DNA of 64,000 nucleotides from Bradymonadia bacterium (lineage in GTDB: Bacteria; Myxococcota_A; Bradymonadia; UBA7976; UBA1532): positions 64,001-128,000 of the forward strand of contig JBKAGE010000035.1 in assembly GCA_046290225.1 (NCBI GenBank), read 5' to 3'. Position 1 is the first letter of the stretch; each line of letters starts with the position of its first letter. Of the stretch, positions 20,222 to 29,551 are shown piece by piece. The notes below the pieces were generated by a model. That model made no database searches, was not told where the DNA came from, and saw only the letters and a program-made list of their open reading frames with translations. The position numbers and the translations under genes are program-made.

Positions 20222-21292
20222 TCAGCGCAGCCGGGCTGCGTGGTGGGCGCCGAGCTGCATGTGTCGATGTGTGTTGTGGGCGATGTGCTGGGCCATGCGC
20301 TCGGCACCGGTCCAGCTCTGTGCCACCGCCTCCAACAGGTCGACGAGGGTGTGGTAGTCCGCGAGGTGTACTCGATCGACCTGCAGATGGGCCTCGAGGC
20401 CCGCCTGTCGGTGGATCGGCAACATGATCGCCCCTGTAGGGTGACCGTGGGCCCGGAACACCTGAGCCTCGCCGTCGACATCTTCGATCAAGGCGCGCTG
20501 CCAGTCATATTCTGGGGATCGATCTGCGAGATGACGGGCGCAACGCTCCAGGTGCTGGGTCACCGCAGCGTCCATGAGGCCCGCCCCGTCACCGGCGAGG
20601 ATCACGGGCCCCATACCCGGGCTGACCGCGGGGGGCGTCGGCCGCCCGCACAGATTGACCACAGGCTGGCCATATTGCAGCAGCCCCTGACGCACGGCCC
20701 CCACGGCGCCAGCGCTCGACAACACCGAGCCTCGGGTGAAGACCGCGCAAATATGGGTCTGAGGCTGTCGGGCCTGCAGCCGATCGAAGAGCTCGAGGAT
20801 GGCCGCGGCGGTCACCAGACCATGGGCCGCCCGGGTGATGATCCATGCCCCTTCTCTCAAATACGCCGGCGCCGTCGGCAAGCCGAAGTCACCGATCTGC
20901 CCCGGGCCTTCGATTTGGATCAGCACGCGCTCCGGCGAACCATCGGCGGTGTGGGTGTACGAGATCACGCGACCGTCATAGGATCCGAGGGCGCCGAACA
21001 GGTTGATGATCTGACCACTGGCCAGCCCCGTGCTCTGTGGCCCGTGCCACAACCCCTCTGCCGTGTCACCCGACACCGAGATCACCTCGAGGCCTGGCTG
21101 ATCGATGGGGCTCTGGATGCACAGCGCCGGCTGCACCTCACCCCCACCGTCATAGGTGATCATGAGGTTCTGGTGAGCGTCCCGAGAGAGCACGAGGCCA
21201 TTTTCTACGGCGTACTGCTCCACATAGCGCATGATCTCGCCTTCGCAGAACGGACCGGTGGGGCAATCAAGAACAGCGTCGAGGTGGCTCAC
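20222..21292 (-). CDS. M20/M28/M42 metallopeptidase-fold protein, apparently lacking the metal ligands
   Basis: The N-terminus (PTGPFCEGEI..Y...RDAHQNL) and overall layout are M42-like, but the ligand motifs read QSPIDQPG, RAAHGL and FTRGSV. Confidence 0.6.
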   Translation of the reverse strand: MSHLDAVLDCPTGPFCEGEIMRYVEQYAVENGLVLSRDAHQNLMITYDGGGEVQPALCIQSPIDQPGLEVISVSGDTAEGLWHGPQSTGLASGQIINLFGALGSYDGRVISYTHTADGSPERVLIQIEGPGQIGDFGLPTAPAYLREGAWIITRAAHGLVTAAAILELFDRLQARQPQTHICAVFTRGSVLSSAGAVGAVRQGLLQYGQPVVNLCGRPTPPAVSPGMGPVILAGDGAGLMDAAVTQHLERCARHLADRSPEYDWQRALIEDVDGEAQVFRAHGHPTGAIMLPIHRQAGLEAHLQVDRVHLADYHTLVDLLEAVAQSWTGAERMAQHIAHNTHRHMQLGAHHAARLR

Positions 21293-21409
21293 AGAGGCTC
21301 CACAAAAGGCCTGAGATGACAGGCCACTCGGAGGTTCGCTCTTTTACGAGGATCTCCTGGACCTAGACATGGACAGGGTAGGCCGCTCGGGGCAAGGTCG
21401 GCAACAATG

Positions 21410-21437
21410 GGAACGTCTTGAGGCTGTCGTTGTCCGA
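21410..21437 (+). promoter_or_regulatory. RpoE-type ECF promoter
   Basis: GGAACGT-N16-TCCGA, about 70 nt upstream of an ECF sigma gene. Confidence 0.55.
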
Positions 21438-21506
21438 AGGTGTGCAGGCTGCGAGGATGCACACGTGATCGACGAGAGACCCCGGCAACGCACCGGCGGA
21501 GCACGG

Positions 21507-22100
21507 ATGGATGGTGGCAGTGACGAGCGGAGACTGATCAGGCGCCTCAAGCGTCGCGATGAAGCTGCGTTCGTCGAACTGGTGGCGGCCTACCAGGGGC
21601 GCATCTACAACCTGTGCTACCGCATGCTCGGCTCCTCAGAAGAGGCCGAGGAGCTGGCGCAGGAAGTTTTTTTCAAGTGCTTCCAGGCGGTGGGGTCCTT
21701 TCGCGGTGACTCGGCCATCGGCACCTGGCTGTACCGCATCGCCATGAACCTTTGTAAGAACCGCCTCAAATATCTCGGGCGCCGCCATCACGGCCAAACT
21801 CGCGATGTTTCAGATGTTTCTGAGCAGCAATGGTCGAGCCGCACCTCGGAGAGTACCCTCGGTGAGGCGCCGCCGCGGCCTGATCAAATCTATGAAGGCC
21901 GCGCCGCAGAGCGACGGGTTCAGCAGGCGCTGGCGAGCATCGACACAGAATTTCGGGAACTTCTCGTGCTGCGAGATGTCCAAGGTCTCTCATACGCCGA
22001 GGTCGTGCGCATCACCGGCCTCGCCGAGGGCACAGTGAAGTCCAGGCTTCACCGCGCCCGAGCGGCGCTCAAGCGCGCCTTTGATGCACTCGAGGGATGA
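21507..22100 (+). CDS. ECF sigma-70 factor (RpoE/SigW-like)
   Basis: AEELAQEVF..FRGDSAIGTWLYRIAMN and GLSYAEV...GTVKSRLHRAR. Start moved to ATG 21507. Confidence 0.95.
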   Translation: MDGGSDERRLIRRLKRRDEAAFVELVAAYQGRIYNLCYRMLGSSEEAEELAQEVFFKCFQAVGSFRGDSAIGTWLYRIAMNLCKNRLKYLGRRHHGQTRDVSDVSEQQWSSRTSESTLGEAPPRPDQIYEGRAAERRVQQALASIDTEFRELLVLRDVQGLSYAEVVRITGLAEGTVKSRLHRARAALKRAFDALEG

Positions 22101-22147
22101 ATGGGCCGAGCACGCACGATGTCGGACTCGACCCGAGGAGGTGAAAC

Positions 22148-22612
22148 ATGAGCCCGGAACGGCTGAGTGAAGATCAAGAGGCCCGCCTCACCGATCTGCT
22201 CGACGGGGCCCTCGACGATGCCTCGCAAGCAGAGATGACGGCCTTGCTGCAGTCGGCCCCCGATCAGCAAGAGGCCCTCGACGACGCACGGGCGGCGATG
22301 CAGCTGCTGCAACACCTGCCCGCCCACGCGCCCTCACCCGATTTCGCCCGCAAGGTCCGGCGTCGGGTGCGCCGCACGAACGTGCATCGGGGCTACGAGC
22401 CCGCCACCGATCTGCTGGGCTTCAAGCTCGGCGTCGAGGTCTTCACGGTGATCGCAGCGGCAGTGCTGGCGGCTTTCTACATTTTCGGAGAGACGACCCG
22501 TCAGATGCCGGGTCCGCTGAAATCGGTCTCTGCGGCCCCTACGCAGACAGCCCCCGGTGATGCGGCGCCCACGGGGGCCACCATCAAAACGCCCACCAAG
22601 GCAACCCCCTGA
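22148..22612 (+). CDS. Anti-sigma factor
   Basis: Directly after the ECF gene; LTDLLDGAL...APSPDFARKV followed by a single TM. Confidence 0.75.
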   Translation: MSPERLSEDQEARLTDLLDGALDDASQAEMTALLQSAPDQQEALDDARAAMQLLQHLPAHAPSPDFARKVRRRVRRTNVHRGYEPATDLLGFKLGVEVFTVIAAAVLAAFYIFGETTRQMPGPLKSVSAAPTQTAPGDAAPTGATIKTPTKATP

Positions 22613-22621
22613 TCTAGAGGG

Positions 22622-23692
22622 TTATGAGCCGAAGGGCATCACGCCCTGGGCCAAGGCCCCCGAGGCCATCGCCTCCATCACCTCTTCACCGAGGGCGTTC
22701 GCCGCCTCGGTGACCTTCCACCAGGCTTTGATTCGATCCGCGTTGCCCAACTCGGAGAAATCCTTGCGGCTCGGGATCCGCCCGTGGGGCAGCTTCTGCA
22801 CGAAGTCCGCGCTCGGATACAGCAGCACCCGTCGATCGAGGTACTTCGCCTTGCGCCACGGGATGCTCTGATCGAACCACCCGGGGACCACCCGATCGAA
22901 GAAGTGGGGCTGAAACACGAGGCCCCCTTCGTCGGCCACGGGCAAATCGAGGTGGTAATCGACGAGGCCGCCGTCTCGATATCGCCCCCGGCGGGCGCCC
23001 GGTGGGTCGTCCACGCCGGACATGAGCCCAGGAATCGACGACGAGGCCATGAGGGCCCCGTGGATGTTCTCCGCAGAGAGCGGCGTACGATCGATGGGCA
23101 GTCCACGGCGCTTCTCGATGGGCGCCGCGTGCCTCGGATCGTGAAACACGGTCTGCCGAAACATGAGCCCGGCCCCCCGCCTCGCCACGAGGTTGGCGCT
23201 GATCGACGCCACCATGCCCGCAGCGAGCAATGGCCGCGCCTCGGGTCGAGTGAGCCCCCGACTCCGCACAGCGAGCACCCCAAGGCGCGCGGTGGGGTGC
23301 TCCAGAGGCATCGCGGGACCACCGCCGGCCTTGAGGAACGCGTCGAGCACGCCCTTCACGCCTGCATCGACCTCGGCCAGCGAGGGCTTCTCGCTGTATT
23401 GTTGCTCGATGTAGTGGTGCTCGAAGGCGTTGATGGCCGCCACAGGATCAGGCTGGGCATAGCACGCGAACCGCCAGCTGCTGATGCTGGCGCCGATCAA
23501 GTGCAGCGGTCGCGCTCGCTGGGCGAACAACGCCGGCGCCAACAGCCGATCGAGACCAGAAAGCACGAGCCATTTGGGGCCCCCAGCAGCGCCGAGCAGG
23601 GTATCGACGTCATCGAGTCGAAAACCCTGTTCACGAATTCGGGCGAATGCGGTGGGGCCGGCACGGAGTTCAAAGTGGCGGAATGCGCTCAA
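22622..23692 (-). CDS. Patatin-like phospholipase family protein
   Basis: GAAGGPKW oxyanion region, GASIS nucleophile elbow and DGG motif. Confidence 0.85.
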   Translation of the reverse strand: MSAFRHFELRAGPTAFARIREQGFRLDDVDTLLGAAGGPKWLVLSGLDRLLAPALFAQRARPLHLIGASISSWRFACYAQPDPVAAINAFEHHYIEQQYSEKPSLAEVDAGVKGVLDAFLKAGGGPAMPLEHPTARLGVLAVRSRGLTRPEARPLLAAGMVASISANLVARRGAGLMFRQTVFHDPRHAAPIEKRRGLPIDRTPLSAENIHGALMASSSIPGLMSGVDDPPGARRGRYRDGGLVDYHLDLPVADEGGLVFQPHFFDRVVPGWFDQSIPWRKAKYLDRRVLLYPSADFVQKLPHGRIPSRKDFSELGNADRIKAWWKVTEAANALGEEVMEAMASGALAQGVMPFGS

Positions 23693-23759
23693 GAGCGGTC
23701 CTCTTCACAGAACGAGACCCGCGGATGATCCACCCATTTCACGGCCCGACACAAGGCCG

Positions 23760-24173
23760 GTGGACGATCCGTCACTGGATGAGCGGTTCACCAAAGCTGG
23801 TTTGAAGCGCGCCCTCACCGAGGTGCTCCGCAGGAGCGGTGTCAAAGGCAAACCTCTCAAGGCCGACTGCGCGGAATACCCGTGCCTTATCTCCACCACG
23901 ATCCGCGTCCCCAGCATGGCGCAACATGGGCAGGACAGCACTGATGTCGTGCTCAAGCGCACCCTCAAAGACATGTTCCGAGGTCAGAACGCGCGCACTT
24001 TCTTCCGCATCAAATTCAAGCGCTCAGGCAAGAAGAAGAGGCTGTATTTCAACATCCACTTCTCCGCATGGCCCAAAGACGACTACACACCTGACGACAA
24101 CAAGAAGCTCAAGCAACGCCTGCGATTTCGCAGGCGACAGCAGTTCCGTAACAAAGGCCAGAAGAAGCGGTGA
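23760..24173 (+). CDS. Hypothetical protein, paralogue of the C-terminal domain of 25687..26514; possibly 5'-truncated
   Basis: Shares T(K/E)AGL, DC(A/S)E(Y/F)PC and RLRFR motifs with the downstream gene. True start unclear. Confidence 0.55.
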   Translation: MDDPSLDERFTKAGLKRALTEVLRRSGVKGKPLKADCAEYPCLISTTIRVPSMAQHGQDSTDVVLKRTLKDMFRGQNARTFFRIKFKRSGKKKRLYFNIHFSAWPKDDYTPDDNKKLKQRLRFRRRQQFRNKGQKKR

Positions 24174-24231
24174 GCTTCGCCCTCAACACACCCGAACAAT
24201 GGGTGTGACTTGGGGTATTTGAAGAAATTCG

Positions 24232-24259
24232 GGAACCCTTCTTCTCGGCCTGCGTGAAA
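24232..24259 (+). promoter_or_regulatory. ECF promoter (GGAAC...CGT)
   Basis: GGAACCC, about 14 nt, then CGTGAAA, at the 5' end of an ECF sigma gene. Confidence 0.55.
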
Positions 24260-24841
24260 CAGAGTGTGTACCTCGCATTGACCCAGAACCAGCCCGAGAC
24301 CGAGCTGCTCACCGCCGTCGCCGCGGGTGATCGTAAAGCCACTGTCGCGCTGGTGAAACGATTCGAGCGCCCAGTCTTCGCGTTGCTGTCTCGCATGTTG
24401 GGCACGGCTGATCCGCACCGACTCGAAGACATCGCTCAGGAAGTGTTCCTGAAGGTCTTCCGGGCGCTGCCCAACTTCGATCCGAAGGGCAAAGCCCAGC
24501 TGTCGACCTGGGTGCTCACGATCGCCACCCGCGTAGCGATCGACGAGCTGCGTCGACGCCCAGCAGATGTGCCCACGGGAGAGCTGCCAGAGCCCACGGT
24601 GGTGCCTCAGGTGGAGCAGGTGATCGACCGCGCCCGGCTGGGTCAGGCGATCGAGCAAGCGGCGCTCTCGCTCCCTGAAGGGCAACGGGCGGCTTTTGTG
24701 CTCCGGGTCTACCACGAGCTTGGCTACCCGGAGATCGCCGAGGCCCTGGGCGTGGACGTGGGCACAGTGAAATCACGCATCTCCCGGGCGAGAGCCGCCC
24801 TCAAACGCGCTCTCAGGCACACCGGATGGGAGGATCTCTGA
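24254..24841 (+). CDS. ECF sigma-70 factor
   Basis: LEDIAQEVFLKVFRALPNFDP..LSTWVLTIA and LGYPEIAEALGVDVGTVKSRISRAR. True start probably slightly downstream. Confidence 0.95.
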   Translation: MKQSVYLALTQNQPETELLTAVAAGDRKATVALVKRFERPVFALLSRMLGTADPHRLEDIAQEVFLKVFRALPNFDPKGKAQLSTWVLTIATRVAIDELRRRPADVPTGELPEPTVVPQVEQVIDRARLGQAIEQAALSLPEGQRAAFVLRVYHELGYPEIAEALGVDVGTVKSRISRARAALKRALRHTGWEDL

Positions 24842-25659
24842 TGACTGACCATCAACACGAGCAGCCTCTGTCCTCAGAGGCACGGAAGAGCTGGCCTGCG
24901 GCTGAGCCCCCTGCGGGGTTTGCCGATCGCATGGCCAGCGCATGGCTCGATGAACAAGCAATCACACAATCACCCGCCGCAGTCACGATGCCTGCGACGA
25001 GGCGCTGGAGGTTTTGGATGTTTGGTGGTTTGGCTGCTGTGACAGCGCTGATCTTGTTGTGGGTGAACCCATTTGCCCCTCGAACTGTACAAGTGAACGA
25101 ACCGGGGACTGTTGAAGCGCCCATCGCGCCTCAGCCTGGTCCACTGACCACCCATCATATCGAGCAGCAAAAACCAGCCTCAGAAACCCCCGAACCTGAG
25201 CCACGGGAGCGCAAAATCGCCGTTCAAGTCGAGGCGCTGCTCGAGCAGCTCAAAATCGTGAATGAAAGAATAGGGGCCACCGAGATTCGGCTTGGCTCTG
25301 TTTATAGCGAATTCAATGCAGTTCTGGCTGAACCCCACACCCCAATGACATCTAGACTCGAGCCGCTCATGCTGGAACTGGCCGACGCGAGAACAAATCT
25401 CCGGAATCTGTCCAAGCAGTACACATCGAGCCACCCGGATGTGGTTGCCGCGAGGAGCAAGGTCAAAGTCATCATGAGAAAAATCGAAATTTTCGAAAAC
25501 ACGTACGACCCTCAACACATCGTCAAAAGACGATATGACCCGAGGACTTCACCTCTACGGTCGAAGATCGCAGCTGAGAGGGGCGCACTCAAACGTCTCA
25601 AGCGCCGACGCGCCGCTTTGGAGCGCAAACTCAAGGCGGTTGAGGCATCATTGCCGTGA
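24841..25659 (+). CDS. Putative anti-sigma factor with extracytoplasmic coiled coil
   Basis: TGATG coupling to the ECF gene. EPPAGFADR N-terminus, one TM, and a coiled coil containing YTSSHPDV. Confidence 0.7.
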   Translation: MTDHQHEQPLSSEARKSWPAAEPPAGFADRMASAWLDEQAITQSPAAVTMPATRRWRFWMFGGLAAVTALILLWVNPFAPRTVQVNEPGTVEAPIAPQPGPLTTHHIEQQKPASETPEPEPRERKIAVQVEALLEQLKIVNERIGATEIRLGSVYSEFNAVLAEPHTPMTSRLEPLMLELADARTNLRNLSKQYTSSHPDVVAARSKVKVIMRKIEIFENTYDPQHIVKRRYDPRTSPLRSKIAAERGALKRLKRRRAALERKLKAVEASLP

Positions 25660-25686
25660 ATCCCCCTCTGATGGAGCGCCTTCTCG

Positions 25687-26514
25687 ATGAGTTCAAACAT
25701 CAAACAGCTGATGCTGGCTGCCCTCAGCGGCGCAGCAGTGAGCGCAGCAGTCGTCGTCCTGATCTATGAGGGCCGCACACCCGAGACCCAGGTGACAGCC
25801 AACCCCACCTCCTCAGCTCAAGAGACACCTCCGGCTGCCCCCTCACTGGAATCCACAGCGCTCTCGCCTTACGCCAAGCGGACCATCGACGCCATCACCG
25901 AAGAGAAGGACGCCCTGCTCACACGGGTCGACACCCTCGAGAAAGATCTGGCCCTGGCCAGATCGGTGACGCTCGCCGGGGCCGTGAAGGCGGACCCCGA
26001 GGTGGCCCAGCTCAAACGACAGATCGAGTTGCTGCAGCAGGCTCTCGACGAAGAGCACGCTCAGCAGGCTGTGCGTGAGGGTGAGGCGCTGCCGTTTCCC
26101 GACGATCTGCCCGAGGCCTACACCGAGGCGGGCTTGCGTCAGGCCTTCACCGACATGCTCGCCGCCCAGGGCATCCACGGAGAGATCTCCGAGATCGATT
26201 GCTCGGAGTTCCCCTGCATCGTGCACGGTGAGGCAGAAGATCGAAGCGCTGATCGCAACACCATCAACCAGAAGTTCGACGCCCTCAACGACATGATCGA
26301 CGAGCGTTACCCCAAAGACGAGGCCAGCCACAGCGCCTCGATCTGGGGCTCGACTACCAAGGACGAGCAGGGCGAGCCGCTCCACAAGAACAGCTTCAGC
26401 TTCTCGGTCTATCCCAAGGCCGATCAGTCTGAAGAAGACCAGACAGCGATCCGCAAACGGCTACGGTTCCGCAACCAGCAACGCCGCGACCTGATGGAGC
26501 AAGAGAAGCAGTAA
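25687..26514 (+). CDS. Membrane-anchored coiled-coil protein with DCSEFPC domain
   Basis: N-terminal TM and coiled coil; C-terminal domain paralogous to 23760..24173. Confidence 0.75.
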   Translation: MSSNIKQLMLAALSGAAVSAAVVVLIYEGRTPETQVTANPTSSAQETPPAAPSLESTALSPYAKRTIDAITEEKDALLTRVDTLEKDLALARSVTLAGAVKADPEVAQLKRQIELLQQALDEEHAQQAVREGEALPFPDDLPEAYTEAGLRQAFTDMLAAQGIHGEISEIDCSEFPCIVHGEAEDRSADRNTINQKFDALNDMIDERYPKDEASHSASIWGSTTKDEQGEPLHKNSFSFSVYPKADQSEEDQTAIRKRLRFRNQQRRDLMEQEKQ

Positions 26515-26569
26515 GAGGTCCTATGAGTTTCTGCTTGCGCTGATCCGACTCCGCTGACACACAACAGTC

Positions 26570-27493
26570 ATGCGCACTCATCTTCACACGGCTCTGTTGT
26601 TCGCAGGGTTTCTCGCGACTCAGCTCTGCCCCCTCAGCGCTCAAAGCCGCCCCTGGTACGATCTCGACACCAAAAACCTGCGCGTCGACGCCCGCCTCGA
26701 CCTGCCCCTGATGCTGGGGCCGGGGCTGGTCGCTGGTATGACGCTCATCTCGCCTCTGTCGGCGGATTACACCCATGACTGGGCGGAGGCCTTTGGCGAA
26801 GAGGGTGTACGGGAGAACTTCTCTCTCGACGCCAAGCGCAACAGCGACATCCTCGGTGGGCTGAGCGTGACCCTGCCGCTGGCGATCCTCACTGCGGACG
26901 ACATTGATGGTCGTGCCCGAGAGGGCGCAGCCCACATGCTGCTCTACGGGCAAGCACTCTCGGTGAGCCTCGCTCTCAACCAGCTCACGAAGCAGACGGT
27001 GCGACGCCGACGACCCTACACCTACAACCCTGCAGCCAAAGCCCACATGGCCGATCAGGGTGACGACGCGTACTACAGCTTCTACTCAGGGCACTCGAGC
27101 CACACCTTCGCCGGAGCCGTCGCAGGCTCCTACCTCTTCAGTTTGTCCTCTGACGTACACGGCCTGCGGGCCGCGGTCTGGGGATCAGAGCTGGCGCTGG
27201 CGGCAGCGACGGCGACGCTGCGTGTGCGGGCGGGCAAGCATTATTGGTCCGACATCATCACCGGCGCCGCGGTGGGCAGCGCCATCGGCTTTGGCCTGCC
27301 TCACCTGCACCGCCGCGATGGCACCTCCATCGACATGCAATGGTACGAGTGGGCTGCGATCCCCACGGGGGTCGCAGCCGGGGTGGTGCTGGGCTACCTG
27401 CTCGACGGCGAGCAGCTGAGCGAGGCGCCGGTGGCGCTCATGCCCCACAGCGTGCCGGGGGGCGCCGGGGTGCTGGCCACGGGATCTTTCTAG
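26570..27493 (+). CDS. PAP2 family phosphatase
   Basis: K-x6-RP (KQTVRRRRP), SFYSGHSS and RVRAGKHYWSD. Confidence 0.9.
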   Translation: MRTHLHTALLFAGFLATQLCPLSAQSRPWYDLDTKNLRVDARLDLPLMLGPGLVAGMTLISPLSADYTHDWAEAFGEEGVRENFSLDAKRNSDILGGLSVTLPLAILTADDIDGRAREGAAHMLLYGQALSVSLALNQLTKQTVRRRRPYTYNPAAKAHMADQGDDAYYSFYSGHSSHTFAGAVAGSYLFSLSSDVHGLRAAVWGSELALAAATATLRVRAGKHYWSDIITGAAVGSAIGFGLPHLHRRDGTSIDMQWYEWAAIPTGVAAGVVLGYLLDGEQLSEAPVALMPHSVPGGAGVLATGSF

Positions 27494-27521
27494 CTTGAGC
27501 GGACGGCCGTCCGCTCAAGCT
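27492..27521. repeat. Perfect 30-bp palindrome between convergent genes (probable bidirectional terminator/hairpin)
   Basis: AGCTTGAGCGGACGG|CCGTCCGCTCAAGCT fills the whole gap between two stop codons. Confidence 0.75.
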
Positions 27522-28030
27522 CACAGCAGCCTCAGCGTTCGAGCCGCACCGCTGACCTCCGCCTCGTGATCCAACAGCCAGCGTTTTGCTCGAAGACCGC
27601 CAGCGTAACCCGTCAGGCTGCCATCAGCGCCGATCACACGGTGGCACGGTACGATGATCGAGATCGGGTTGCGGGCGTTGGCTCCAGCCACGGCGCGGAT
27701 CGATGTCTCCGCCATGCCCAGAGTCGTCGTCAGCGCGCTGTAGGTGGTCGTCTCGCCATAGGGCACCTGCAGCAACGCCGCCCAGACCTGCTGCTGAAAG
27801 TCTGTGCCCACCAGCCGAATTGGCACGGTGAACGTCGTCAACTTACCTGAGAGCCATGACTCTATCTGGGTGGCAGCCTCATCGAGGACCGGGTGCTCGG
27901 CGCGGGCCTCTGGCTGAGGGCCTGGCGCCCGCGGATGGTTGGGGAAATACACCCCCAACAAAGCGTCATCATCAGCCACCAGCCGAAGCTGGCCCATTGA
28001 ACTCTCGAGCGTGCGCTGAACCCCGCTCAC
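27521..28030 (-). CDS. ogt: Methylated-DNA--protein-cysteine methyltransferase
   Basis: GTDFQQQVW, VPYGETTTY and PCHRVIG active site. GTG start overlaps the upstream stop. Confidence 0.93.
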   Translation of the reverse strand: MSGVQRTLESSMGQLRLVADDDALLGVYFPNHPRAPGPQPEARAEHPVLDEAATQIESWLSGKLTTFTVPIRLVGTDFQQQVWAALLQVPYGETTTYSALTTTLGMAETSIRAVAGANARNPISIIVPCHRVIGADGSLTGYAGGLRAKRWLLDHEAEVSGAARTLRLL

Positions 28031-29544
28031 CCGTCCCTCCTCAGAGCGATGTGGGCGGCGTTCCAGCCGCACATGCCGTGCACTCCACCACCAGGGTGGG
28101 CATAGCTCGAGCAGAGGTACAGCCCCTTCACCGGTGTGGCGTAACGGAAATATGGGAAGGCCGGCCGGAAGATGAGCTGGTTGTGCCACGCGTTCGACCC
28201 CCCGCCCAGATCGCCGCCGACGAGGTTGGCGTCCATCGCCTGTAGATCAGGGGGCGTCACGATACGGCGGGCGAGGATCCGCTGCTTGAACCCAGGCGCC
28301 AGCCCCTCGATGCGGTCTTCGACACGATCACAGAACGCCTCTGCGTGGGCGGCCCAGCCCTCTGGCATTGTGTTGGGCACCCGGGAGTAGGCCCAGAGCG
28401 TGTGACACCCTCGAGGTGCCCGGGTGGGATCAGCGAGGCTCTGTTGACCGATGACCAGATAGGGGTCGTCAGGCAGCTCACCTCGGCGCACCTGATCGGT
28501 GAAGCGCGAGAGATCGGCGAGATCTTCGCCGGTGTGCACCACCGCAGCCCGGGTCGATGGCTCGGTCACCCATGGCACGGCGTTGTTGAGGGCCCAGTCG
28601 ACCTTGAAGGTGCCCCAGCCCCACTCGAACCGCTTCATGGCCTTCTCGAGCCGGCCGGGGATCGCGCTCTGGCCCTGGAGCAGATCGAGGTAGAGCGATG
28701 GTGCCGCGGTGTTGGCCAGGACCGCCCGCCGCACGGCGATCTCTTCACCATCGGCGGTGATCACGGCGCGGGCGCGCCCGTCAGCGACTTTGATGCGCTC
28801 TACTCGGGCGCCGAGCTGGACGGCGCCGCCATGCTCTTCGAGACGTCGCACGAGGGCGTCAGCGAGTGACTGAGCGCCTCCTTCGGGCACCACGAAGCCC
28901 CCTGTGGCCCCCGTGAGGGCCAACATGAAGCCCAAGGCGGCGCCAAAGCGATCGTCAGGGCCTACGTCGACGTGTAGCGCCAGGGCCGGCAGAATACGCT
29001 GGGCTGCGTCGGTGCTGAACCAACGGCGGGCGAGACCGGCGCCGGTGGAGAGCGCCACAGCGGCAAACCGGGCAGCATTGACGGGGCCGAGGCGCGCTGT
29101 AGGCCCCAGGGCCCCCACAGGGCTGAGCAGCACCGAGAGCAACCGCTCCTGGTTTTTGCGAAACCACCCTTCGACCCGACGCCATCGCGCGCCATCCACA
29201 CCCAGAAGGCGGGCGGTCTCACCGGGGTTGGTGGTGAAGGCCCCGATGGATCCGTCGAGGGCCGGGTGGGCGCTCTGCACCGCGGCCTCACGCCACCGCA
29301 ACCCCACACCGGGTAAATCGAGGGCCTGAAAGGCCGGGCTCAGGTGGGCAAAGGGAAAGAAAGCTGCCCCGACATCGTGCACGAAGCCCGGCAAAGTAGC
29401 CTGCTCTGATCCTACGGCGCCGCCGAAACGGCTCGGGTGTGCTTCGAGCACCCGGACCGACCACCCTGCCCGGGCGAGGGCACAGGCCGCAGCAAGGCCG
29501 TTGGGCCCTGCACCGATGATCACCGCGTCGAGATCGCTCACCAA
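28027..29544 (-). CDS. Phytoene dehydrogenase-like FAD-dependent oxidoreductase
   Basis: IIGAGPNGLAAA dinucleotide fold and GLYLCSS..HPGGGVHGMCG C-terminus. Confidence 0.88.
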   Translation of the reverse strand: MVSDLDAVIIGAGPNGLAAACALARAGWSVRVLEAHPSRFGGAVGSEQATLPGFVHDVGAAFFPFAHLSPAFQALDLPGVGLRWREAAVQSAHPALDGSIGAFTTNPGETARLLGVDGARWRRVEGWFRKNQERLLSVLLSPVGALGPTARLGPVNAARFAAVALSTGAGLARRWFSTDAAQRILPALALHVDVGPDDRFGAALGFMLALTGATGGFVVPEGGAQSLADALVRRLEEHGGAVQLGARVERIKVADGRARAVITADGEEIAVRRAVLANTAAPSLYLDLLQGQSAIPGRLEKAMKRFEWGWGTFKVDWALNNAVPWVTEPSTRAAVVHTGEDLADLSRFTDQVRRGELPDDPYLVIGQQSLADPTRAPRGCHTLWAYSRVPNTMPEGWAAHAEAFCDRVEDRIEGLAPGFKQRILARRIVTPPDLQAMDANLVGGDLGGGSNAWHNQLIFRPAFPYFRYATPVKGLYLCSSYAHPGGGVHGMCGWNAAHIALRRDG

Positions 29545-29551
29545 TCAGCCC

